Source of the DNA: Planctomycetota bacterium
GTDB taxonomy: Bacteria; Planctomycetota; SZUA-567; H5-PLA8
Direction of reading: 5' to 3'
Assembly (NCBI GenBank): GCA_038227875.1
Contig: JBBRPR010000018.1
Coordinates: 82,106-146,105, forward strand
Length of the DNA stretch: 64,000 bases
Position 1 is the first letter of the stretch. Every line of letters begins with the position of its first letter. Both the position numbers and the translations under genes were made by a program. Shown here piece by piece: positions 1-8,795 of this stretch. The notes below the pieces were generated by a model, which made no database searches, was not told the origin of the DNA, and was given only the letters and a program-made list of their open reading frames with translations.

Positions 1-473
1 CCAAAATCGAACGCATGCGCGCCGGCGGCGCTCCTGAGTTCGTCATCGCCAAGCTCGAAGCGCAGTTGTACTCGGCGGAGGGTAAAGGCGCTGACGGTGC
101 CAGCGCGCCGATCGAATTCTTAACGCGCCAGGACACGGCTCGATCCGATGCGGCGCTGGACATCGGCCGCGCGTCGAAAGGCGTCAACGACGGTAACGGC
201 TTCGTTTTCATCGACCACATCGGCCTGGTTTATCCGAGCGGATTTCTGCCGCTGGTCGTGGGCGACGTGCGCAAGCAAAGCCTCGTCGACATCTACCGCG
301 ACAGCCCGATCATGCGCCAGTTGCGCGACTACCCGACGCTCAAGGGAAAATGCAGCTGGTGCGACTTCCGTGACATCTGCGGCGGGTCGCGCAGCCGTTC
401 GTTCGGCGTCACCGGCGATTACCTCGCTAGCGAGCCGTATTGCAGTTACTTCCCACAAAAACCCAAACAGTAG
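1..473 (+). CDS. Radical SAM/SPASM domain protein, C-terminal part (TIGR04053/NirJ-AhbD-like); truncated by the window start
   Basis: GVNDGNGFVFIDHIGxVYPSGFLP followed by the SPASM motif KGKCSWCDFRDICGGSRSR...EPYC. Confidence 0.85.
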   Translation, partial: KIERMRAGGAPEFVIAKLEAQLYSAEGKGADGASAPIEFLTRQDTARSDAALDIGRASKGVNDGNGFVFIDHIGLVYPSGFLPLVVGDVRKQSLVDIYRDSPIMRQLRDYPTLKGKCSWCDFRDICGGSRSRSFGVTGDYLASEPYCSYFPQKPKQ

Positions 474-506
474 AGGCAGGGACCAAGGGATCAGGGGTCA
501 GTGAAC

Positions 507-537
507 AAACTCGCCGCGCTTGCGGCGAGCTTTTTTT
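507..537 (+). terminator. Hairpin terminator, repeat family C copy 1
   Basis: AAACTCGCCGC-gctt-GCGGCGAGC followed by T7, between convergent genes. Confidence 0.75.
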
Positions 538-690
538 GACTACGATCGTTCGCAAGGGCTCCGAATTCGTACGAATTTTCGGCAGTGGTGCTTCCGTCCT
601 GGAGCTTCTTGTTGTTGACGCAACCCGGACCGAGGGGCCAGGCCACCCCTCGCGGGTCTATCGTTCATCACTCATCTTCATCGTTCTAAT

Positions 691-1743
691 TTACTCGTAG
701 CCGTATTTCCGGGTGTGCGCTTCCTCGAGGTATTTGGCCAGCAGGGCGATCGTGGCTTCGATGTCGCCGACGTGGGCCATTTCGTTGACGGTGTGGACGT
801 AGCGGGTCGGAATTGAGAGCGTGAAGCTGGGTACGCCGCCGCGGCTGCGCTGAATTCCACCGGCGTCGGTGCCGCCGCGCGGAAGCACTTCGAGCTGGTG
901 CTTGATCTTGTGCTTTTCGGCGATGTCGCGGAAATGGCGGACGAGCTTCGGATGACACAGCAGGGACGAATCCATGATCTTGATCGCGGTGCCGTGACCG
1001 AGCTTCGTGACGTGATCGAATTCCGCGGGACCAGGGAAATCGTTGGCGAGCGTGATGTCCAGCGCGATGCCGACGTCCGGCTGCAGCGCGAACGCGGCGG
1101 TCGTGGCGCCGCGCAGGCCCACTTCTTCCTGCGTCGTGGCGACGGCCAGGATTTCGCAATCGTGCGATTTTAAGGCACGCAGCGCTTCGATCATCACGAA
1201 GACGCTGACGCGGTTGTCGAGCGTCTTGCTGACGATCATATCGCCGACGCGTTCGGTGGTACGGGCCATCGTGATCATGTCGCCGATTTCGACGAGGCTC
1301 CGCACCTTATCCGCGGGCAAACCGATGTCGACGTAGAGTTCCTCGATCTTCGGCGGCTTGTTCATTTCTTCGGGGGTGAGCATGTGGATCGGCTTGCTCG
1401 CGGGCATCAACGCGCCCAGGAGGCTCCGCCCGGAAAAACCGTGAACGTACACGCGCTGCGCGACCATCACGCGCGGATCCCAGCCGCCAACCGGCTGCAG
1501 GCGGATGAAGCCTTTGTCGTCAATGAATTTGACCATGAAGCCGATCTCGTCCATGTGGGCGGCGAGCATGACTTTCGGCGCGCCAGGCTTGCCATGCTTG
1601 ATGGCGATGACGCTGCCCATGGCGTCGAAGGTGATGCTATCGGTGAGGCCCTTGAGTTCCTCAACGACGACCGTTCGCATCCGTTCTTCGCGGCTGGAAA
1701 TTCCGGGCGTTTCACACAATTTTTTGAGCAAATCGAAATTCAT
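691..1743 (-). CDS. M42 family metallo-aminopeptidase (TET/FrvX-like)
   Basis: AAHMDEIG, KTLDNR, TTQEEVGLRGA, GGTDAG and RYVHT motifs. Confidence 0.95.
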   Translation of the reverse strand: MNFDLLKKLCETPGISSREERMRTVVVEELKGLTDSITFDAMGSVIAIKHGKPGAPKVMLAAHMDEIGFMVKFIDDKGFIRLQPVGGWDPRVMVAQRVYVHGFSGRSLLGALMPASKPIHMLTPEEMNKPPKIEELYVDIGLPADKVRSLVEIGDMITMARTTERVGDMIVSKTLDNRVSVFVMIEALRALKSHDCEILAVATTQEEVGLRGATTAAFALQPDVGIALDITLANDFPGPAEFDHVTKLGHGTAIKIMDSSLLCHPKLVRHFRDIAEKHKIKHQLEVLPRGGTDAGGIQRSRGGVPSFTLSIPTRYVHTVNEMAHVGDIEATIALLAKYLEEAHTRKYGYE

Positions 1744-1993
1744 GCGCTTCTCCTGGGCTGTGGCAGCCCGTTGGTAACTCTTGGCCTACGCCGCGAAACG
1801 CCTTTACTGCCAGGCGTTTCACGGGAAAACTTGACGGAATCGATCTTTTACAACTGGCTGCTGCGGATGAGACGATAACTTTACAGAATCAGGGCCATTC
1901 GTCCACGTCGTGAAAAGGTGGGAGATTGCAAATGGCTCGCGCATGGCTTAAAAGTGAAACACGAGATTCCAGTAGCTGAAGCGAAAGGACATC

Positions 1994-3268
1994 ATGGCGC
2001 ACGGCACGACCGAACGGACGAAAACGAAATCCCCCAGCAAACGCGCGGCTCCGGTTGAAGCTCCGCTGGAAGGCATGCCCCCGATTGACGGCGGCCGCCT
2101 GCGGCTGCTGCCGCCGTACCTCGCCAGCGCCATCAATGCTCTGAACGCCGATCTGCGCAGTCGCGGTGTCGATGTCATCGATCTGGGCATGGGCAATCCC
2201 GTCGACGCGGTCGCCGGGAATGTCGTCGCCGCGTTGAAGGAAGCTGCCGACAAGCCGGAGAACCACCGCTACGGTCCGGCGACGGGAATCAAGCCGCTGC
2301 GCGAAGCGTTTTCACGCCATTACGCGCGGCACTACAACGTCAGTCTCGACGCCGACAAGGAAGTCATCGTCTCGATGGGTTCCAAGGACGCGTTCAGCCA
2401 TCTTTGCGTCGCGATGCTGGGAGCGCAGGACGCCTGCGTGCTGCCCACCCCGGCCTACCCGCCGCATTTGTACGCGCCGCAGATTTCCGGAGCTCACGTC
2501 GTCGGCGTGCATATGACCGAGGAACAGCCGGGCGAGAAACTGCTCGCGGATCTGCGCCGTGTTTTCGAGACGGTGCGGCCGCGGCCAAAGTTCCTCATCC
2601 TGAATTTTCCGAACAACCCCACGGCCAAGACCGTCGATCTGCCGTTCTTTGAAGAAGCGGTGGCGATGGCGCGGCACTTCAAATTCTGGCTGCTGAACGA
2701 CATGGCCTACGGCCACAGCAGCTTCGACGGGTACAAAGCGCCGAGCATTCTGCAGGTGAAGGGGGCCAAAGACGTCGCGGTGGAAATGTTCACGATGTCC
2801 AAGCCTTACAGCATGGCCGGCTGGCGCGTCGGTTTCCTGGCGGGTAACGCGGGGCTGATCGAAGCGCTGACCAAGATCAAGCCGTACTTCGATTACGGAC
2901 ACTTCTTCCCGATCCAGATCGCGTCGGTGGTGGCGCTCGACACGGGCGACAAGTACATCACCGATCAGGCGATGATTTATCAGAAGCGCCGCGATGCGCT
3001 GCTTTCGGGCCTCGAGAAGAACGGTTGGGGGCGAACGATCAAGAATCGCGCGACAATGTTCTCGTGGCAGCACGTTCCCGCGCAGTTCAAGGAGCGCGGG
3101 TCGGTGCAATTCTGCCGGGATTTGGCTGAAAACACGGGCGTCAGCTTTTTTCCGGGCGGCGGGTTCGGTTCGGAGGGCGAAGGTTTCGTCCGCATCGCGC
3201 TGGTCGAGCCGGAAGCGCGGATTCAGGAAGCTACGAAGCGTGTAGGCAAATTCCTGAAAAACGGTTAG
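1994..3268 (+). CDS. PLP-dependent class I/II aminotransferase (LL-DAP aminotransferase/AlaC-like)
   Basis: IDLGMGNP, LNFPNNPT, NDMAY and MSKPYSMAGWRVGF (PLP lysine); SD aagga. Confidence 0.92.
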   Translation: MAHGTTERTKTKSPSKRAAPVEAPLEGMPPIDGGRLRLLPPYLASAINALNADLRSRGVDVIDLGMGNPVDAVAGNVVAALKEAADKPENHRYGPATGIKPLREAFSRHYARHYNVSLDADKEVIVSMGSKDAFSHLCVAMLGAQDACVLPTPAYPPHLYAPQISGAHVVGVHMTEEQPGEKLLADLRRVFETVRPRPKFLILNFPNNPTAKTVDLPFFEEAVAMARHFKFWLLNDMAYGHSSFDGYKAPSILQVKGAKDVAVEMFTMSKPYSMAGWRVGFLAGNAGLIEALTKIKPYFDYGHFFPIQIASVVALDTGDKYITDQAMIYQKRRDALLSGLEKNGWGRTIKNRATMFSWQHVPAQFKERGSVQFCRDLAENTGVSFFPGGGFGSEGEGFVRIALVEPEARIQEATKRVGKFLKNG

Positions 3269-3313
3269 CCTTTCAACCATCACCGATACGGAATTTTAGA
3301 GAACACGTTTACG

Positions 3314-4201
3314 ATGAGTGACGAACAGCCCGAAGCGGAAACGCCTGCAGCCGAAGCCGCGCCAACGCCCAAGAAGAAGGGCTCGCGCAAGGGCAAAGGC
3401 AAGAAGGCCAAACCCGAGACGCCCGACCTTCTAACGCAGGCCGAGGAAGCGGCGTCTACCGAAGCTGCCGCTCCGGCGGCACCGCCAGAGGAGTCCGCTC
3501 CGCCTCCGGCCGAGGAAGTTCCCGCGAACGTTGAAGCCACGAGCGCTGAAGTCCCGTCGAATGAATCCACCGATTCAGCTGAAGGTGAAAAGTCCGTTGA
3601 GCCGGTGAACGAAGAAGAGGCTGCCGCGCTGGCGGCTCAGGCGGCGCCGCTGCCGGGTGAAGAAGTCGTCGAAGCGCCGGTCGACATGGAATCCCTCGCG
3701 CGCACCGTCGAGGCCTTGCTCTTTGCCGCCGAAGAGCCGATCGCGCCCCGCGAAATCGCGCGCGCTTCCGGGAGCGACAGCGCGACGATCCGCAAGGTTC
3801 TCAAGGAAATCCGCGAACGCTACGAACAGATGAAACAGCCGTGGGACATCGCCGAAGTCGCCAACGGGTTCCGCATGGTATCGCGGCCCGAATACTACCC
3901 AGCCATTCAACGTCTGAAGACCCAGACGGCTCAACGCAAGCTGACGCAAGCGGCGCTGGAAACTCTGGCACTGATCGCGTACCGCCAGCCGATCGGCCGG
4001 TCGGAAGTGGAATCGGTCCGCGGCGTCGGCGCCGGTCCGGTGCTTCGCATGCTGCTCGAGAAAAAACTGATCAAAATTTCCGGCCGCGGCACCGGCGTGG
4101 GTCAGCCGCTGCTTTACGGCACCACCGATTATTTCCTCGAACACTTCGGCCTGAAGAGCACTCAGGATCTGCCCAAGCCGGGTGAGTTCAAGAATACGTA
4201 A
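3314..4201 (+). CDS. scpB: SMC-Scp complex subunit ScpB with long low-complexity N-terminal extension
   Basis: EALLFAAEEP, LTQAALETLALIAYRQPIGRSEVESVRGV, PLLYGTTDYFLEHFGLKS. Confidence 0.93.
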   Translation: MSDEQPEAETPAAEAAPTPKKKGSRKGKGKKAKPETPDLLTQAEEAASTEAAAPAAPPEESAPPPAEEVPANVEATSAEVPSNESTDSAEGEKSVEPVNEEEAAALAAQAAPLPGEEVVEAPVDMESLARTVEALLFAAEEPIAPREIARASGSDSATIRKVLKEIRERYEQMKQPWDIAEVANGFRMVSRPEYYPAIQRLKTQTAQRKLTQAALETLALIAYRQPIGRSEVESVRGVGAGPVLRMLLEKKLIKISGRGTGVGQPLLYGTTDYFLEHFGLKSTQDLPKPGEFKNT

Positions 4202-4272
4202 TAGCCGGGATTCGGGATTGGGGAATTGGGATTCGTCGCGATTCCGCAATGGGCGAATCCCGATTGCTGATT

Positions 4273-5598
4273 TTACTTCGACCGGTTCAGGCTCCACTTC
4301 AGCAGCGGCGGCGTGATCATGGTCGTCACGATCACCATGATCACGATGGCGGAGTAGACGGCTGGGTCGATCACCTTCTGGCCGTCGATGACCAGGCCGG
4401 CGCCGACGTTGGCGAAGATCAGACCGACTTCGCCGCGCGGGATCATGCCGAGGCCGATCGAGAGGCGGTCGATGGCCTTGCCGTCTTCGCCCTTCCCGAT
4501 CGCGCCGAAGCCGCAGACTTGCTTGCCGAGAATCGCAGCGAGTGTCAACGCACCGGCGAGCACCAGTACGCCGGGTTCTGTAAACGAACGCAGGTCGGTG
4601 CGCAGGCCCATCACGACGAAGAAGATTGGCACCAGGAACGTTGAGATGGGATGGACGAGTGTTTCCAGCGTGTGTTCGCCGCGGCCGACAAAATCTTTGA
4701 AGTGAAAATCTTCGAGTATCAGGCCGGCGGCAAAAGCACCGACGATCGGCGCCAGGCCGATGTAGCTGGACAACCACGCAAGAATGAAACAGAACGACAA
4801 TCCCACCGCGAGCAGCACACCGCGCGATTGGAATTTTGAGGCCAGGCCGAAGAGCTTCGGCGCCAGCCAGACTCCGGCGATCAGCGCTCCAACCAGAAAA
4901 CCGACTGCCTTGCCGACGATGAGCGCGATGCCCGCATAGGAAACGCCGCCGCCCTGCCCCGCTCCAACGGCCGTGATGATCCCACCGACCACGGCGAGAA
5001 TGATCAGGCCCATGACGTCGTCGATCACGGCCGCGCCGAGGATAATCCGGGCTTCGTACGTCTGCGCGCGTTTCAGGTCCTTGAGCACGCGCGCGGTGAT
5101 GCCCACGCTGGTGGCGCAGAGCGTCGCGCCGAGAAATGCGTGCGCGTACACGCTTTCATTTGGCAGCAACCAGGCTCCGGCGCCCCAGCCGAGCGCAAAC
5201 GGTACGATGACGCCGATGGTCGCGACCAGGAAAGACGAGACGCCGACTTTCAACATCTGCGCGACGGTCGATTCGAGCCCGACTTCGAAGAGCAGGATTA
5301 GTACGCCCAAATGAGCCAGCATGTCGATGGACGCATCGTTTTTGATCGCGTCGAAAAACGTAAAGCCGCTCAACGACACGTTGCCCAACACCACGCCGGC
5401 GAGCAGTTCTCCCAGCACGGCCGGTTGGCCCAAGCGTTCGACGATCTCGCCGCCGATCTTCGCGGCGATGAGGATGATGGCCAGATACAAGACCACCGTA
5501 CCGGTTGTGTCCGTTGGCATTGAGGCGTCGGCAGCAGCGTGGAGGTGGGGCGAAAAAATACACAGCAGAAAAGCGGCGTACTTCAAGAATCGAACCAT
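4273..5598 (-). CDS. CPA2-family cation:proton antiporter (NapA-like)
   Basis: Many TM helices; PAVLGELLAG, LLFEVGLE, ATSVGIT, AAVIDD, GMIPRGEV; start placed at the ATG after SD ggag. Confidence 0.92.
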   Translation of the reverse strand: MVRFLKYAAFLLCIFSPHLHAAADASMPTDTTGTVVLYLAIILIAAKIGGEIVERLGQPAVLGELLAGVVLGNVSLSGFTFFDAIKNDASIDMLAHLGVLILLFEVGLESTVAQMLKVGVSSFLVATIGVIVPFALGWGAGAWLLPNESVYAHAFLGATLCATSVGITARVLKDLKRAQTYEARIILGAAVIDDVMGLIILAVVGGIITAVGAGQGGGVSYAGIALIVGKAVGFLVGALIAGVWLAPKLFGLASKFQSRGVLLAVGLSFCFILAWLSSYIGLAPIVGAFAAGLILEDFHFKDFVGRGEHTLETLVHPISTFLVPIFFVVMGLRTDLRSFTEPGVLVLAGALTLAAILGKQVCGFGAIGKGEDGKAIDRLSIGLGMIPRGEVGLIFANVGAGLVIDGQKVIDPAVYSAIVIMVIVTTMITPPLLKWSLNRSK

Positions 5599-5703
5599 GG
5601 CCACTCCGTCAAAATCGCGGTTGCGATTTTTGAACGGATGGCGGCCCGACCATCCCAATACCTGCGGCGGAAAATCGCCGCACCCTTTGAATGAACTAAC
5701 CGT

Positions 5704-6759
5704 TCAAACTTTCTTGTCGTTCTGCGGTGCTTTCTTTGCGAGCAGATCGCCGAACAACGTATCCGCGCGGTGCTGCAGCGACGGATCGGTAAAGCGCTTG
5801 GAGTCCATTGCTTCCCCCTTCTGATGGAGGAAGTGTTCTTTCACGTAGTTACCAAGGGTCACGTTCGTGGGGCCGTAGCCCTTATGATACATGTAATATT
5901 CCAGCGCGACGCCCATCTCACCAGCGGTCTGGTAGCGCTTGGTGAGATCGCGTTCCAGCGAGCGCATGAGAATGTCGCTGAGCATGTCGGGCAGATCGGC
6001 GCGGTACTGCTTGGGGTGCGGGATCGGTGCTTCCTTGACATTCTCGAGCGTCTGGTAGATGTCTTCGGTTTCGAAAATGTGATGTCCGGTCAGCAATTCG
6101 TACATGACGATGCCGAGCGCAAAGAGGTCCGAGCGACGGTCGGTGGCTTCGTACCGCGCCTGTTCCGGCGACATGTACTCAACCTTGCCCATCAGCACTT
6201 CGCCTTCTTCCTGCTCCATCACCATGCGGGCCTTGGCGATGCCGAAGTCGGTCAGCTTCACTACGCCTTCGTTGTTGATCATGACGTTTTTCGGGGAGAC
6301 GTCACGGTGGACGATGTTGAGGTGATCGCCGTCGCGACCGCGTTTGTTGTGCGCGTATTCCAGACCGCGACAGACGCGGCTGATGATGAACGCACCGAGC
6401 TCCACCGGCAGGATCAGGCCCGCGTTCAAATGGTAGTCGATGAACTGCTCGAGATTCAGGCCTTCGACGTACTCGAGGGCGATGTAGTAAATGTTCCCGG
6501 TACGGCCGAGATGGTAGACCTGTACGATGTTTTCGTGGACAAGGTCGGCCACCAGTTTCGCTTCGCCGATGAAGAGGCGCACGAATTCTGGATTGGTCGA
6601 AAAGCTCTCCAGAATGGTTTTAACGGCGACCGTTTTTTCGAAACCCTCAGCGCCAAATTGCTTGGCCTCATAGACAGCACCCATTCCGCCTTCAGCCAGA
6701 CGGCGGACCATGGAGTACGTCTTGGTTTCGGTAATATTCGAGAATTCTGATTCGGCCAT
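5704..6759 (-). CDS. Hanks-type Ser/Thr protein kinase (catalytic domain only)
   Basis: LAEGGMGAVY, VAVK, HRDVSPKN, DFGIAK, GKVEYMSPEQ, SDLFALG. Confidence 0.95.
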   Translation of the reverse strand: MAESEFSNITETKTYSMVRRLAEGGMGAVYEAKQFGAEGFEKTVAVKTILESFSTNPEFVRLFIGEAKLVADLVHENIVQVYHLGRTGNIYYIALEYVEGLNLEQFIDYHLNAGLILPVELGAFIISRVCRGLEYAHNKRGRDGDHLNIVHRDVSPKNVMINNEGVVKLTDFGIAKARMVMEQEEGEVLMGKVEYMSPEQARYEATDRRSDLFALGIVMYELLTGHHIFETEDIYQTLENVKEAPIPHPKQYRADLPDMLSDILMRSLERDLTKRYQTAGEMGVALEYYMYHKGYGPTNVTLGNYVKEHFLHQKGEAMDSKRFTDPSLQHRADTLFGDLLAKKAPQNDKKV

Positions 6760-6930
6760 GGAGGCCCCGTGTAAGAGTATTCGCACGCTTTGCTTACGTG
6801 AGCTCACCGACCCCAAATCGGCGGGCGAACACTGAGTGGAATGCGCACGTGAAACAGAATTTGCTCGATGTGATGCGATAAGTCAAGAACTAAAGAGCGC
6901 GGTGTGCGATTTGCACACCGCGCATTGCCA

Positions 6931-8730
6931 TTAGTTGGAATTGCCACCGGGGATTGCGTGACCGTTCTTACCCGTGCCCTTCACGCCAGACTGTGCCTTG
7001 TACTGATAGCGCACGAAAGTCACGATCGGCGCATTGGCACCCACTGTCACGGTCAACTTTGCGTCCACGCTGCCGTTGTCGATGGTCTGATTGATGAGTC
7101 CCAGGGCCGTCTTCAGGCTTGAAGCTTTCAGGCCAAGCTTGATGATGCGCTTGCGCGGATCGAAGCTGAAGGAAATTTGCGAGCTGCGGAAGCGGCCTTT
7201 GCTGTCGGTGGTGAAGGTCGGCAGCGCCACTGACGTGCCGGTCTTCGTACCGATGGCGATTGTGATCGGCACGCTGTTGAAGGTATCCACGGCCGTATCG
7301 GACGTCAGCTGCACCGTGGCCGAGAGCTTGTCTGCGTTCTGCTTGGCAAAGCTCACGGTGAACTGGCTGGCCGCAGCGGTCAAGGAGCCTGAAACCTGCA
7401 CGAAGAAGAAGTCCTGAGCCAATTGCGGATCGAAGCGGTGATTGGGATCAGGTTCCGTACCGTATCCGGTGAACTGCTGATAGAACGCCTTGATTGACGT
7501 CAGCGCGCCAAATGGGTCGTTGGAGTTCGGCACTGCCGGCAACGGGTAAGGCAACGGTGTCGAAAGATTCGCCGGGGGCGGATTGGGATTCGGTACGGGC
7601 GTGGTGGGATTGGTGATCAATCGACCGTTGTCGATGACCGTCAACGTAACCTTGTAGGTTCCCGGCGCGCTGTAGAGATGGCTGGTTGGAATACCTGGCA
7701 GATTGAAGCCGTTCGGCGGCGGCACAATTGGATTGGGCAGCAGCGGCACAAACAGAGGCTGAACCACATTGGCAGCCGGAGCAGGAGCAGCGGGCTGGCG
7801 GACCAGCTCGGAGATGCCGTCACCCCAGTCGATCGCGGCCCACAGAATGTAACCGTCCGGATCGAAACTGTTGCTGGCGGTGATCGTCAACGGAACGCCG
7901 TTGGCCGTGGGCGACGAGCCAATATTCTGGATGCTGGGCTTGGGGGGCTGATTGGCATTCGAAATCTGCACCGATCCCGTCGAAAACGCGGAATTACCTG
8001 GCGTGACCACGCTGATGGTGAACGGGCCAGTGCTGGTGATCGTGACGGGATTGCTGAGCGTAATCGTGCTTGCGGTGAAGGAGAGCACCGTGGTGTTTGC
8101 GGGAACGCCGACGCCATTCACGGTCGCGCTTGCGGAAACGCCCGTGGTGCTGACGATGCCGGTGAGAACCGCAGAGCCAGACGTCGCCGTGGCGTTAACC
8201 ACGACGTTCGTCTGAACAAAAATCTGGATCGTCAACTTTGGACCTGTATTCTTTGCTCCCGTTGTGTTGGGAATACCCGCGTTCGAGGGTGCAAAAATGC
8301 CTTCGGTTGTGTAGATGTGGGAAATCGGCCTCAGCAGCAGCGCCAGGTTTGCAGGCGTGGCTGGCAGTGGCACCGGGCTGGGCTGAAAGAGTGACGGCGA
8401 CGGATCGCCGAAATCCCATGTCACCAGATAGAGATACGTCTGATTGGGATTGGGCGACTCGGGCAGATAGGACCACGACGGGTCAAAGGTAACCGAAGTG
8501 CCCAGTGGCGTGGACGGAACTACGTTTGTTGGAATGGGCGCCTGCAGCGATGTGGGCGAACTGCCGCCACCCAAATTCTGAGTGAAGGCGGGAACAAGAT
8601 CGGGCCCCTGTCCTCCCACCAAGGCATGGGCGGAGCGGGATTGGACCGCAAAGGCGCAAACCAGCAGCAGCGCCAAGGTGCTCCCTATAAAAGAAAAAGA
8701 CCCACGGGCTACCGTCGGTTGATCGTGCAT
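6931..8730 (-). CDS. Secreted PKD-domain protein with Lys-rich beta C-terminal domain
   Basis: Signal peptide (AHA); two PKD motifs (WDFGD...HIYTTEG; DWGDG...HLYSAPGTYKVTLTVID); Thr/Pro/Asn-rich. Confidence 0.8.
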   Translation of the reverse strand: MHDQPTVARGSFSFIGSTLALLLVCAFAVQSRSAHALVGGQGPDLVPAFTQNLGGGSSPTSLQAPIPTNVVPSTPLGTSVTFDPSWSYLPESPNPNQTYLYLVTWDFGDPSPSLFQPSPVPLPATPANLALLLRPISHIYTTEGIFAPSNAGIPNTTGAKNTGPKLTIQIFVQTNVVVNATATSGSAVLTGIVSTTGVSASATVNGVGVPANTTVLSFTASTITLSNPVTITSTGPFTISVVTPGNSAFSTGSVQISNANQPPKPSIQNIGSSPTANGVPLTITASNSFDPDGYILWAAIDWGDGISELVRQPAAPAPAANVVQPLFVPLLPNPIVPPPNGFNLPGIPTSHLYSAPGTYKVTLTVIDNGRLITNPTTPVPNPNPPPANLSTPLPYPLPAVPNSNDPFGALTSIKAFYQQFTGYGTEPDPNHRFDPQLAQDFFFVQVSGSLTAAASQFTVSFAKQNADKLSATVQLTSDTAVDTFNSVPITIAIGTKTGTSVALPTFTTDSKGRFRSSQISFSFDPRKRIIKLGLKASSLKTALGLINQTIDNGSVDAKLTVTVGANAPIVTFVRYQYKAQSGVKGTGKNGHAIPGGNSN

Positions 8731-8753
8731 TCATCCACTCCCTATTAAACGTC

Positions 8754-8784
8754 GTCCGGCTCCGGCGATGCGCCGGAGCCGGAC
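8754..8784. promoter_or_regulatory. Perfect 14-bp GC-rich intergenic hairpin between the two PKD genes
   Basis: GTCCGGCTCCGGCG-atg-CGCCGGAGCCGGAC; no U-tract. Confidence 0.6.
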
Positions 8785-8795
8785 AGCGATTACAA

